DNA from: an uncultured Acidobacteriota bacterium
GTDB lineage: Bacteria > Acidobacteriota > Blastocatellia > RBC074
Reading direction: 5' to 3'
Assembly: GCA_963796275.1 (NCBI GenBank)
Contig: CAWCKY010000007.1
Location: forward strand, 160,001-224,000
Length of the DNA: 64,000 bases
Shown piece after piece: positions 19,774 to 30,823 of the stretch. Within the stretch, counting starts at the first letter, position 1. Every line of letters begins with the position of its first letter. The position numbers and the translations under genes were made by a program. Below the pieces are notes generated by a model that worked only from the letters and a program-made list of their open reading frames with translations, did no database searches and was not told the DNA's origin.

Positions 19774-21306
19774 TTACGCCAGGATATCCTTTAGCACTTG
19801 CCCCTCATCGGTAGGCCCGATGAGCCGGTTGTTCAATCCCTGATAAGGAAAACTGAAACGGTAAGGATCCAGGCCGAGGATGTGCAATATGGTTGCCTGC
19901 AAGTCGCGGATGCTCACAGGATTTTCGACGGGGTAATAGCCGAACTCATCGGTCGCGCCATACGCGAGTCCTCCTTTCACGCCGCCGCCAGCCAGCCACA
20001 TCGTATAGGCGAATGTGTGATGGTCGCGGCCGATGAAGCCTTTTTTCAGTTCGGTGCGCACGTTGTTCTGCATCATAGGCGTGCGACCGAATTCGCCACC
20101 CCAGACCACCAGCGTTTCGTTGAGCAAGCCGCGTTGTTCAAGGTCGATCAGCAGGCCGGCAATGGCGCGATCCGTCTGTTGGCACTTGATCGGAAGCGTT
20201 TCGTCGATGCTTTCTCCGGGCGAAGAGCCGTGATGATCCCAGCCCCAATCATATAACTGGACGAAGCGCACGCCCTTTTCGATCAAACGCCGCGCGAGCA
20301 GGCAGTTATTGGCGAAAGTGGGATCGTCGCCTTTATAAAAGATGCGCGGGTCCTCGGCGCTTTCGGCCTGGGAGACGAAGCCGGGCTTCGCGCCGTAGAG
20401 ATCGAGGATATGCTGCGGCTCTTTTGAAATGTCCATCACCTCTGGCACGGAAGTCTGCATCCGGTATGCGAGCTCGTATTGTGCGATGCGTGTGAGCGTT
20501 TCGCCGTCGCCGCTGCGGCGATACTCGGCGTTGTTCATCTCTGCCAGAGCGTCCAGGGTGCGGCGGCGCAACTTTTGATCGATGCCGTCGGGATTACCCA
20601 GATAGAGCACCGGATCTCCGCTGTCGCGGCATTGCACGCCCTGATAGACGCCGGGCAGGAAGCCCGAACCCCACAGCGATTTGCCGGCATCGGGCGTCTT
20701 GCCCCCCGATAGCAAGACAACAAAGCCCGGCAGGTCTTCGTTCACACTGCCCAACCCATAGGTTACCCACGAGCCGAGCGCGGGATTGCCCAACCGCGGC
20801 GAGCCCGTATGAACGAAGAGCTGGGCGGGCGCGTGGTTGAATTGATCGGTATGAACCGTACGAATGACGCAAGTCTTGTCTACGACCCTGGCAAAATGCG
20901 GCAGCAGTTCACTGATCCATTGCCCGCTCCGGCCGTGACGCGCGAACCGGAATTGCGCCGCCAGAATCTTCGGCACGCCCTTGATGAAGGCGAACCGCTT
21001 GCCCTCGAGGAACGATGGCGGACAATCCTTCATATGCAGTTGGTTCAGTTCCGGCTTATGCTCGAACAGCTCGAGCTGCGACGGCGATCCCGCCATATGC
21101 AGATAGATGACGCGCTTTGCTTGCGCCGCAAGCATCGGCGGCTTGGGCGCGAGCGGGTTGTGCTCTTGCGTTGTGGCGATCGCATCGCGCGCCAGCAGCG
21201 ATTGCAATGCCATGGCGCCGAGCCCCAGGCCACTGCTCTTGAAAAAATGCCTCCGCGTAATCTCGCGCGTGCGGATAAACTCCGGTGATAAATCGCTCGT
21301 TTTCAT
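19774..21306 (-). CDS. DUF1501 protein (Tat signal, sulfatase-like fold)
   Basis: Motifs [54 protein letters not shown]. Confidence 0.92.
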   Translation of the reverse strand: MKTSDLSPEFIRTREITRRHFFKSSGLGLGAMALQSLLARDAIATTQEHNPLAPKPPMLAAQAKRVIYLHMAGSPSQLELFEHKPELNQLHMKDCPPSFLEGKRFAFIKGVPKILAAQFRFARHGRSGQWISELLPHFARVVDKTCVIRTVHTDQFNHAPAQLFVHTGSPRLGNPALGSWVTYGLGSVNEDLPGFVVLLSGGKTPDAGKSLWGSGFLPGVYQGVQCRDSGDPVLYLGNPDGIDQKLRRRTLDALAEMNNAEYRRSGDGETLTRIAQYELAYRMQTSVPEVMDISKEPQHILDLYGAKPGFVSQAESAEDPRIFYKGDDPTFANNCLLARRLIEKGVRFVQLYDWGWDHHGSSPGESIDETLPIKCQQTDRAIAGLLIDLEQRGLLNETLVVWGGEFGRTPMMQNNVRTELKKGFIGRDHHTFAYTMWLAGGGVKGGLAYGATDEFGYYPVENPVSIRDLQATILHILGLDPYRFSFPYQGLNNRLIGPTDEGQVLKDILA

Positions 21307-21309
21307 AGG

Positions 21310-24251
21310 TCAGTTCCGAGAAAGAAATTCATCCAGATTCATGATCGCGTTGGCAGTCACAATCCACGCGGCGAATTCGGGCTGGCTGACTCCGGTTGGC
21401 GCGACCGCGCGCGCGGATCTTGATCAGTGCGCCCGCCTTATCCGGGGCAGCCGCAAACACCTTTTGCGCATCTCTCTGCAGATGCTATCAATGGGCCAGC
21501 TTCTCCCTTGCGCAGCGGACGTATCAGCGCCAGACGCAGCCCGCGTGCGACGCGCGATTTAGAATTTTCGCCCTCCGCGATCATCCGTCGGGCCATGCCT
21601 GCGGCAGCCTCCAGATAGACGGGATCATTGAGCGTCACCAGGGCCTGAAGCGGAGTATTGGTGCGGATGCGGCGTATCTGACATACCTCGCCGCTGCCGC
21701 CATCGAAGGTTATCATCGAAGGATACGGGGTTGTGCGTTTGAGATAAGTGTAAATGCCCCGACGGAAACGATCCTCGCCTTCGGACTCTACCCAACTTTT
21801 ACCGTTATACGTTGACCGCCACAGACGGGCAGGTTGAGGCGGCATGACGGGCGGGCCTCCCATTTTATCCGAGAGGAGCCCTGCGACCGATAGCGCCTGA
21901 TCGCGCACAGCTTCTGCGCTGAGGCGGTATCGCCCGCCGCGAGATTGAATCAGATTGCGCGGGTCGGCTTCACGTAAAGCGGACGTGACGTCTGACGACT
22001 GGCGATAGGTGTCGCTCATCACAATTGTTTTGATGAGTTTTTTCAACGACCATCCGCCATCACGATATTCAGATGCCAACCAATCGAGCAGTTCAGGGTT
22101 CGAGGGCAGGGAACCCTGTGCGCCGAAATCCTCTTCGGTCTCGACGATGCCGATTCCGAAAAGCCGCGCCCAGATGCGGTTCGCCCAGACGCGCGGCGTC
22201 AGCGGATTGTCGCGGCCGACCAGCCATTGCGCTACGCCCAGGCGATTGCGCGGCGCACCTTCGGGGAACTTGAGAAACGCAGCGGGTACGCCCGCCGTGA
22301 CCGGGTCTCCCTGATCCAGAAAATTACCGCGAACATGGATTTTAGTTTCGCGGTTTTTGTCCGCGGTGAGTTCGCGCATCACCGGCAGTCGCACAACGTC
22401 CTCGTTGAATTTTTTCAGCGCTTGATAGGCTTCGGCGAGCTCGTCGCGCAATTTGCGAATTTCCGGTGAAATTACCGGTGGCTGCAAGGTAGCCGGATCG
22501 TCGTTGCTAGTGGCCAGACGTATGCGCCGCAGCGTGTGGGATTCGCCGAACTGCTGCGAGAGTGTTACGCGCAGTTTAGCTTCAGCCTTCAACTGAAGTG
22601 GTTCCGCGATATTGAAAAGCGCTATGTGCGGTTCGTGCGCGCGTGAACTGACCGACCAGCCCGTTTTCGCGTCGCCATCGATCGCGGCAGCGACGGGTCC
22701 TTTCTCCTCCGCGAAATCCGCGCGCGCTCCGGTAAGCCGAACCGGCCGCCCGCCGGACGCGTCAAGCAATTCCGCGGATAGTTCCGATAAAACGAAGTTG
22801 GATGTCCTGCCATTGCGCCCGACCGCCAGCTGGCCGCTCGCGAGCTTATCGGGGAGCGCCTCCAGACGCAGCGCGGTATGTGATCCGGCCGCAAGCGTGA
22901 GCGTCACGGTATAGATATCTTCCGGAGGAGCTTTTCCGCTGGCAGCGACGGCGCCGTCTTTTTGCGGCGTAAGCATCGCGCCGTCTCGGGAGACGGCTTC
23001 CGCCACGGCGGCGAGACGCCATTTGCTTTCCCAGGCTTTATCGGTTTGGCCCGCGTCCTCAAGCGATGTCAATTCTCGACCTAACGATTGGAGGCGCGCC
23101 TGCAATTGCGCGCGTTCTTCCTTTTGCTCGGGCGAGAGTGTCTCTATCGTGGGCGCATCGTCATATCGGTCGGCATCGGTTGTCTGATTGAACATCGCAT
23201 AAAAGCTGTAATATTCGGCGTGCGAGATGGGCTCGTATTTGTGGGTGTGGCATTTGGCGCATCCCATCGTCAGGCCCATCCATACCTGCACCGTGGTATC
23301 CACGCGGTCCTTCACCGCAGCTACGCGGAATTCCTCATCGTCAGTTCCTCCTTCATCATTGGTCATCGTGTTGCGATGAAAAGCAGTCGCGATCAGTTGT
23401 TGCTCGGTAGGATTTGACAGCAGGTCGCCGGCGATCTGTTCCGTCGTGAAGCGATCGAGCGGCATATCTATGTTGAACGCATTCACTACCCAATCACGAT
23501 AAGGCCACATGGTACGGCCCAAATCTTTTTCGTATCCCTTAGTATCTGCATAACGCGCCAGGTCGAGCCACATCCGCCCCCAGTGTTCCCCGAACTGAGG
23601 CTTTCGCAATAGTTCATCCACCATTCGTTCATAGGCGGCGGATGAAGGATCTGCGGCGAAACTATCGGCGATCTCCGGTGTGGGCGCCAACCCGATCAGG
23701 TCTAGCCATAATCGCCGCGCCAGTGTATGCGGCGCAGCGGGATTACGGAGCTTGAGCCCCTTCTTCGCGAGCGACGCGCTCACCAGCGCATCAATCGGGC
23801 GTCGCCCGCTTGCAAGCGCGGGCCGCGTCACCGGCTCAAAAGACCAATGCTTTCCCCACTTCGCCCCTTCGGCGATCCATCGACGCAATGTCTCGATCTG
23901 ATCGGGCGTGACCTTACGGTGCGCGCTCGGAGGCGGCATCACGAGATCGGGGTCGCTGCTGGTCAGACGCGCTATGATCAAACTTTTTTCAGGCTGTCCG
24001 GGCGCAACGGGAAAACCGCTTCGGCGTTTGGATTTCGCGGCTTCCTCGATGTCGAGGCGCAAGCCCGCCTTGCGGTTCTTCTCATCGGGCCCATGGCAGG
24101 CGAAACAGTTCGTCGACAGGATCGGCAATACATCGGTGCCAAAGCGAACAGGTTCCTGGGCTGCCTCCTGAGAAGACAGGACAATCGGGGCCAGGAGAAC
24201 CAGCATTACTTTTAATAACCGGTTGGAGGGTTTCATCTGTCTCGAATTCAT
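21310..24251 (-). CDS. PSD1/DUF1549/DUF1553 protein with planctomycete-type cytochrome c domain; two frameshifts in the last ~60 codons
   Basis: Motifs CFACH, WLDLARYADTKGYEKD, CAKCH, TNTPLQAL. The expected C-terminus WIVTANAIMNLDEFLSRN* (stop at 21310) lies out of frame after two single-base insertions. Confidence 0.85.
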
Positions 24252-24383
24252 TGCTTCCTCAAAAAAATAAATGAGATCAGTGAAGAGACTGCGCAGTCTG
24301 GATGAAGGATAATCCCGCGCGTCTACCGTGGGTTGAAACCTTGTCATTATCCAAACTCTCGCGATTTGCGATTATTGCTCTAC

Positions 24384-24866
24384 GCCCCTGAAAAGGCGGT
24401 GGATGTTAGCCAGTGGTGGAGGCGTCATTGGTATCTACACAAATCAGAGATCTCGCAAATCCACCAAACTGCGGGAGGTTATACATAATGATTGGCCTCC
24501 TCTCTTAGCCCGATTCATCGGGTTTTCCCGCAGGGCACATATGCCAGTCCTTTGAGGAGGCGAGCTCAGGAGACCTAATCTCGAGGCGCTTTAGCGTTCT
24601 TGCAGTCCGGCTTTAGCCACCAATGATCGAGAGACGGCTATAGCCCGATGAACAAGCCCGTTGAAAACGGGCTAAGGATATATCCTTCAAGCTACCAGCC
24701 GTCACACGGCTGGCCTATCTGCCCTGCGGGAAAGCCCGGTAAACCGGTCTGAGAGAGATGCCTATCATTCTGTGCCGTCTCCTGCCCTCGAGGGATTTCA
24801 AAAATCAGAGTTGTGTAGATTACCAATGGGCAAAGCGTTGCGGTACCACCGGAAGCCGTTAATTCT
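24384..24866. mobile_element. Non-autonomous nested MITE/REP composite
   Basis: Terminal IRs CATTGGTATCTACACAA (24426) and TTGTGTAGATTACCAATG (to 24828) enclose inner IRs (TTTCCCGCAGGGCA / TGCCCTGCGGGAAA) and split an outer REP-like element. Confidence 0.6.
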
Positions 24867-24919
24867 CAAGACCATAACCGGGTTGAGTCAGCGCAATATC
24901 ACACCTCCTCACACGATTC

Positions 24920-26359
24920 TTACGCCAGAATTTTCTTCACCACATTCCCATGAACATCGGTCAGCCGGAAGTCGCGCCCCTGGAATCTATAAGTCAGTTT
25001 CGTATGGTCCATGCCCATCAGATGAAGGATTGTCGCGTGGAGATCGTGAACTTCGACTGCATCTTCGACGATGTTGTAACCGAACTCATCGGTCCGACCG
25101 ATGCTGACCCCGGGTTTGATGCCAGCGCCGGCCAGCCAAACGGTGAATGCGCGCGGATGGTGATCGCGCCCCATGAGGTTCGACCCGTTGCGTTTTTCGT
25201 TCATCGGAGTGCGTCCGAACTCCCCACCCCAAACCACGAGGGTCTCATCGAGCAAACCACGATTGTCAAGATCGGTCAGCAGGGCGCTGATCGCTTTGTC
25301 GGTCTGCATGCAGAGATGCGGTAACTTGACGGCGATGTCGCCCCCCACCGAGTTACCGTGTGTATCCCATCCGCGATGATAAAGTTGAACGAACCTTACG
25401 CCGCGCTCAACCAGCCGGCGAGCGAGCAGGCAATTGTTGGCGAATGACTTCACTCCCGGCTCGGTCCCGTAAAGCTCATGGATGTGAGCCGGCTCTCCGC
25501 TGATGTCGATCAGCTCGGGCACGCTCGTCTGCATCCTGAAGGCAAGTTCGTATGCCTCGATGCGCGTCGCGATCTCCGGATCGCCTGTCCGACCCTGCCT
25601 GATGGTGTTCAGGTCCTTCAGCGCATCGAGCGTGCCGCGGCGTGACTGAACGTTGACTCCATCCGGATTCGAGACAAATAGAACGGGCTCCCCCTTCGAT
25701 CTGAATTCGACGCCCTGATAGACAGTCGGTAAAAATCCGCTGCCCCACAGCGCCTTACCTCCATCGGGGTCCGCTTCGCCCGATAGCATGACGACGAAAC
25801 CCGGAAGGTCACGGTTTTCACTCCCGATGCCGTACATCAACCACGACCCGAGGCTCGGCCGCCCGATAATTTGATGCCCTGTGTTGATAAAAATCTGTGC
25901 CGGAGCATGATTGAACTGCGTCGTGTGCATCGAGCGGATGAATGCAATCCGATCGGCATGCTTTGATAAATGCGGCAGCAGTTCGGAAAGGACTGCCCCC
26001 GATTGCCCGTGTTGTTTGAACTTGAACGGCGAGCCGAGGCAGAGCGGAGTGCCTTTGATGAATGCGAAACGCTCTCCTTTGACCAGCTCCTCGGGAATCG
26101 GCTGGTTGTCGTATTGATTTAGCTTCGGCTTGGGATCGAACATATCGATCTGCGAGGGACCGCCTGCCATGAAGAGGAATATTATCTTTTTCGCCTTGGC
26201 CGCGTAGTGTGGAGCATTATTTGTCTGCGCAATCGCTCCTTCATCGATGAGTGAAGATAAGGCCATAGCGCCGATACCGTATCCGGTCTGCTTGAAGAAA
26301 TGCCGGCGCGTTACTTGCCTGAGCGATTCATTTTTCTGCGTCATATTATTCAGCCTCAT
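24920..26359 (-). CDS. DUF1501 protein (Tat signal), second paralog
   Basis: Motifs [48 protein letters not shown]. Confidence 0.92.
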   Translation of the reverse strand: MRLNNMTQKNESLRQVTRRHFFKQTGYGIGAMALSSLIDEGAIAQTNNAPHYAAKAKKIIFLFMAGGPSQIDMFDPKPKLNQYDNQPIPEELVKGERFAFIKGTPLCLGSPFKFKQHGQSGAVLSELLPHLSKHADRIAFIRSMHTTQFNHAPAQIFINTGHQIIGRPSLGSWLMYGIGSENRDLPGFVVMLSGEADPDGGKALWGSGFLPTVYQGVEFRSKGEPVLFVSNPDGVNVQSRRGTLDALKDLNTIRQGRTGDPEIATRIEAYELAFRMQTSVPELIDISGEPAHIHELYGTEPGVKSFANNCLLARRLVERGVRFVQLYHRGWDTHGNSVGGDIAVKLPHLCMQTDKAISALLTDLDNRGLLDETLVVWGGEFGRTPMNEKRNGSNLMGRDHHPRAFTVWLAGAGIKPGVSIGRTDEFGYNIVEDAVEVHDLHATILHLMGMDHTKLTYRFQGRDFRLTDVHGNVVKKILA

Positions 26360-26365
26360 CAGGTT

Positions 26366-29300
26366 CTATTCCTTCGATAACATTTCATCCAGGTTCAAGA
26401 GTACATTGGCGACCATTGTCCAGGCAGCAACCTCCGCCGGATCGCCCTTATTGTCCGCTGCGCCTGATCCCTGCGCGATCTTTTTTGCCCCCTCGAGATC
26501 GAGGCGATAAATTTCAAGTTGCTGTCGAAACAATTCAGCCAGGCGCCTGACTTCGGTTTCGCCGGGTTTCCGCGCGAGACACAGCCTGAAACCAAAGGTC
26601 ATTCTCTCATCGATTGCCCCACTCACTTCCGTCATCATTCGTCGGGCGAGAGCGCTCGCCATCTCGAATACCGCCCCGTCATTGAGCAGGTTCAAGGCCT
26701 GCAGTGGAGTATTAGTGCGAACGCGCCTGACCGTGCAGTATTCGCGGCTGGTGGCATCGAAGGTCGTCATCATCGGATAAGGGGCCGTGCGGCGAATGAA
26801 AGTATAGAGACTTCGCCGATAGAGATCCTCGCCCTTACTGGTAGTCCATTTGATGCTACTGCCATCGTAGGGATTCATCCAGATGCCTTCAGGCTGTCGC
26901 GGGTAAACAGCTTGTCCTCCGATCCTAGGACTGAGCAGCCCGCTCGCGGCGAGTGCGCTGTCGCGGATTATCTCCGCCTCGAGACGGAACCGCGGGCCCC
27001 GTGCCAGCAAACGGTTGTATGGATCCCGCTCCAATAACGACGGTTTGACTGATGAATCCTGGCGATAGGTGGCCGAAGTGACAATCAACCGGATCATCCT
27101 CTTCATACCCCATGCCGCGCCGCCCCGTTCGGGCTGCATAAATTCCACCGCGAGCCAATCGAGCAGCTCGGGATGCGTGGGCGGTGAGCTTTGCGCGCCG
27201 AAGTCCTCGCTTGTTTCCACGATCCCCCGACCGAAGATCGCCTCCCAGAATCGATTGACCATGACCCGGGCTGTCAGCGGGTTCTCCTTAGAGGCGAGCC
27301 ATCTCGCCAGACCCAGGCGATTGTATGGCGCATCTTCGGGCCACGAGTGCAGGATGGCGGGAGTAGCGGCATATACCCTTTCGCCTCGGCTCATATAATT
27401 GCCTCTCTCGCGCAGCTCAGTCGATGGCCTTTCAAACGATGGTTTTTCGCGAATAATCTGGGCTTTGACTATGCCGAGGTTTTCCAGCCCGGTTCGCAAT
27501 TCTCGCAATCGATCTCTTTCCCGTTTTAGTATCGGTGTCGTTTGCAGGAATTGATCGGAGAGAGCTTGCCTCTGAGGTTGCGACAGTTTCTCGACTGAGA
27601 GATCCAGTAGCGGCCGAAATCTTACCGGCAGCGAGACAATCGACTCCGGATGATCCGAACTGGTGACGGATAATCGAATTCTTCCCAATCCCTGCGCGAC
27701 TACCCGGCCGATCTGTCTCACTTTGATCGTGAGTGTCATGCCGGCTTGGGGGCTGATCGGCTCTGCGCAAGTGAAGACGATCTCTCGGTTGAGGCGCTTC
27801 TCGTCTCTCGTCGCGTCGATCATCCACCCGCTTTTCCCGGTTTGTGGATCATTACTGAAGAGTTGCTTCAGGTCAGGTCGGCCGATGGAATCATTGGCAG
27901 CGGCATTGGCCAGCTTCACACGATTTGACGCGGCGAAAACTTCGATGCCGGAAAGTACGAAATTGCCGTACGGGTCGCGTCCCGGACCGCCATGCGGCAG
28001 ACTCTCATCGGCCATCACTTCAAGCCGCAGAGCCGTCATTCTCGGTAAGGACGGAGGGATCTGCGCGGTGATCGAATAGGTCTCTTCTACCGGATGGTCG
28101 CCTTTAGCGAGCAATGATTTGTCCGCGAGTTTTTCGAGTTTTGTTCCCCCGGCCGAGTTGAAGGCGACCGGATCGAGCGCGATCCATTGGCCCGGCTCTT
28201 TGCGCAGTTCGTCTAACCATTTAGCGCGCGCGGCATCGAGCTCGGGTGAGGAAGTCTTGAGCTTCGCTTCGAGCGATTTGATAGCCTCCAGCATCTCTTT
28301 TCGTTTCACTGCCTGCTCCGGTGTCGGCAATTCGAGCTCCGGCTCGATCACCCAGCCCTCGCTTCCTGGCATGACCAGCAAGTTGTATTCGTGTGAATCG
28401 AAGAACGCGAAGAGTTTGTAATACTCCTTTTGCGAGAAGGGATCGTATTTATGGTTGTGGCATTGCGCACAGGCGATCGTCGAACCGAGCCATACCGTGG
28501 CAGTCGTATTGACGCGATCAATGATCGTCTCCCAGCGAGCCTCCTCATCATCGACCCCGCCCTCCTGGTTGAGCATGGTGTTGCGATGGAATCCGGTGGC
28601 GATCAATTGATCGTTCGACGGCTTCGCCAACATATCGCCAGCGAGTTGTTCGATCGTGAATTGATCGAACGGCATGTCCTTGTTTATTGCGTCGATCACC
28701 CAATCGCGATATTTCCACATCGTCCGCGGGCGGTCTTTTTCATAGCCGTGAGAATCGGCGTAACGCGCCAGGTCGAGCCACGGTCGCGCCCACCTTTCAC
28801 CGAAATGAGGGCTGACGAGCAGGCGATCGACCGCCTTTTCGTAAGCCTCCGGTGAACTGTCGGCCAGAAAATCATCGACCTCTTGTGGCGATGGCGGAAG
28901 ACCGATCAAATCCAGGTAAACGCGGCGCAGCAATGTCACGCGGTCCGCTTCTTTCGATGGAGGAAGATTCTCTTTCTCCATCCGCGCCAGAATGAACGAA
29001 TCGATGGGATTCCTGACCCAGTTTTTGTGTTTAACTTCAGGTAACTGTGGGCGGACCGGTTTAACATATGACCAATGCTTCTTTAGCTCTGAGTCCTGTT
29101 CAACACCTGGCCAATTCGCACCCAGATCGATCCAGTTTCTTATCAGGTTGATCTCGCTCGGATTCAAAGGAGGGCCGCCCATCGGCATACGCGCTTCACC
29201 GCCTGTGCCCCCGTCTGTACCTAGGATGCGCCGAAGCAAAAGGCTCTCCTTGCTATTTCCCGGAATTATTACCGCACCCGAGATACCGCCCTTCATAGCC

Positions 29301-29521
29301 AGAGTTTTCGTATCCAGCCGCAATTGTCCGGATGCTTTTTTGGCGGAGTGGCATTTAAAACAATGGTTGGCGAAGATCGGCTGAATGTCGCGCGCGAAGT
29401 CGATTTTCCCTTGCTGGAGCTCGGAATGAAGAGCTGCGCCGCTCGTCGCGCCGGGCCAAATGATATAACCAGCGCTGGTAATGAAGAGGATACAGATGAT
29501 TAGTCTTACTATGCCGTTCAT
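26366..29521 (-). CDS. PSD1/DUF1549/DUF1553 protein with planctomycete-type cytochrome c domain, second paralog
   Basis: Motifs CFKCH, CAQCHNHKYDP, WLDLARYADSHGYEKD, C-terminal VANVLLNLDEMLSKE; intact. Confidence 0.92.
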   Translation of the reverse strand: MNGIVRLIICILFITSAGYIIWPGATSGAALHSELQQGKIDFARDIQPIFANHCFKCHSAKKASGQLRLDTKTLAMKGGISGAVIIPGNSKESLLLRRILGTDGGTGGEARMPMGGPPLNPSEINLIRNWIDLGANWPGVEQDSELKKHWSYVKPVRPQLPEVKHKNWVRNPIDSFILARMEKENLPPSKEADRVTLLRRVYLDLIGLPPSPQEVDDFLADSSPEAYEKAVDRLLVSPHFGERWARPWLDLARYADSHGYEKDRPRTMWKYRDWVIDAINKDMPFDQFTIEQLAGDMLAKPSNDQLIATGFHRNTMLNQEGGVDDEEARWETIIDRVNTTATVWLGSTIACAQCHNHKYDPFSQKEYYKLFAFFDSHEYNLLVMPGSEGWVIEPELELPTPEQAVKRKEMLEAIKSLEAKLKTSSPELDAARAKWLDELRKEPGQWIALDPVAFNSAGGTKLEKLADKSLLAKGDHPVEETYSITAQIPPSLPRMTALRLEVMADESLPHGGPGRDPYGNFVLSGIEVFAASNRVKLANAAANDSIGRPDLKQLFSNDPQTGKSGWMIDATRDEKRLNREIVFTCAEPISPQAGMTLTIKVRQIGRVVAQGLGRIRLSVTSSDHPESIVSLPVRFRPLLDLSVEKLSQPQRQALSDQFLQTTPILKRERDRLRELRTGLENLGIVKAQIIREKPSFERPSTELRERGNYMSRGERVYAATPAILHSWPEDAPYNRLGLARWLASKENPLTARVMVNRFWEAIFGRGIVETSEDFGAQSSPPTHPELLDWLAVEFMQPERGGAAWGMKRMIRLIVTSATYRQDSSVKPSLLERDPYNRLLARGPRFRLEAEIIRDSALAASGLLSPRIGGQAVYPRQPEGIWMNPYDGSSIKWTTSKGEDLYRRSLYTFIRRTAPYPMMTTFDATSREYCTVRRVRTNTPLQALNLLNDGAVFEMASALARRMMTEVSGAIDERMTFGFRLCLARKPGETEVRRLAELFRQQLEIYRLDLEGAKKIAQGSGAADNKGDPAEVAAWTMVANVLLNLDEMLSKE

Positions 29522-30014
29522 AACGTCCCCCAGTTATCGCAAGGTTTGAAGCCCGATCGCACCGGTGACTCAAGACTTCTCCCCCCAAGGGGTTATCTTG
29601 CGGACGAAGGTTTTATTGGTATATCAGGTTCAGACCAGGAATCTTTGACACCTTACCATGCCGGGAATAAGCTGCCAAACGGTCTCGCCGATTCACCTGA
29701 TTCAATCGCTATCCAACAAGGGACAACTGGGTCATCCAATGCGCTCATCAATCTCGGCGGTCACTGCGTCGAGATTGATGTGACCAAAGCGGGTGCTGAG
29801 GGAGTCACCATCGCCCAGGGAGACAACATCGACTGTTTTTTTATCTCCTACCCATCCGATTGCGTCATGTTTCACCACTTAATTGACACCTTATATTTGT
29901 AGCTCCTAGACCATAAAGCGGCTTGTGCTATATCAGGCATCAGGAAGTATCCTTTTGAGGTTTAGATGAAGAGTGCAAATAAAAAAAGTCATCGAAATCA
30001 ACGTTATCGGTCCT

Positions 30015-30116
30015 TAGCCCCAGGGGCGCGGAATATTTATAGAACTTGCTCTCCAACATCTCAAGCTCCTGAGAGGGGCGACATCTAAATGCCGATTTGC
30101 CGCTCCACCGGAGCTG
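30015..30116. repeat. Degenerate REP-like palindromic cluster
   Basis: AGCCCCAGGGGCGCGGAATATTTATAG, then AGCTCCTGAGAGGGGCGAC, then GCCGCTCCACCGGAGCT as imperfect arms. Confidence 0.45.
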
Positions 30117-30163
30117 GTGAGACTTCGGTTCTGACCCTACTAAAGAATTAAGGAGATGAAGAA

Positions 30164-30823
30164 ATGCAGAATGAAGAATATATTTATGACCCGCCATTAT
30201 CGGGAAAAATACCATATGCAATTGGACAGGGAAGTACGGTTCGCATACCTATACCGGGATCAAGAGGTTTATGTATAGAATTTAGCTCCAGGGGATGGAA
30301 ACCCCCGACCGGATCGACGTCAAGACTATTCTTTCAAGATATAGAAGGTAAACGTAATTTACGCTTAGATTATGGATATAATCTGTCGACTAAGACCATA
30401 GATTATCATTGGAATCAGAAAGGTACTAAAGATGTTTTTAATCTCCCCAATCATACTCCCGCAGGCATTTCGGGCGGCGTTGCTTATCATGCGGCAAAAT
30501 ACTTCCGATACGCAGGTCGAACGCTGATGATTCTCGGAATATCTGTTGATATTATCTCTGTTGTTCATGCCAACAAACCATTGCGACGCGCTTCAGAAGT
30601 CGTTGCCGCGTGGGCGGGAGCATGGGTTGGTTGTAAAACTGCAGGAGCTGGCGGAGCTGCAATAGGTTCGGCCGCGGGACCTATCGGAACGGCTGTTGGA
30701 GGAGTCGGGGCGTGTATTATCGGTGGATACATTGGATATCAATTGGGCGAGGAAGTAGGCGGCAAAGTATATGATTGGTCAGAAGGTACTATTTTTCATC
30801 CTATACCTGAGGTAACGCGCTAA
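30164..30823 (+). CDS. Hypothetical protein with C-terminal glycine-zipper helices (toxin/bacteriocin-like)
   Basis: AAGGAG RBS; hydrophobic GxxxG-rich tail (GAGGAAIGSAAGPIGTAVGGVGACIIGGYIG); AT-richer than neighbours. Confidence 0.75.
   Translation: MQNEEYIYDPPLSGKIPYAIGQGSTVRIPIPGSRGLCIEFSSRGWKPPTGSTSRLFFQDIEGKRNLRLDYGYNLSTKTIDYHWNQKGTKDVFNLPNHTPAGISGGVAYHAAKYFRYAGRTLMILGISVDIISVVHANKPLRRASEVVAAWAGAWVGCKTAGAGGAAIGSAAGPIGTAVGGVGACIIGGYIGYQLGEEVGGKVYDWSEGTIFHPIPEVTR

Noticed and set aside
29546-29902. 118-aa plus-strand ORF
   Set aside because: TTG start, no clear RBS and no recognisable motif; coding status cannot be supported.
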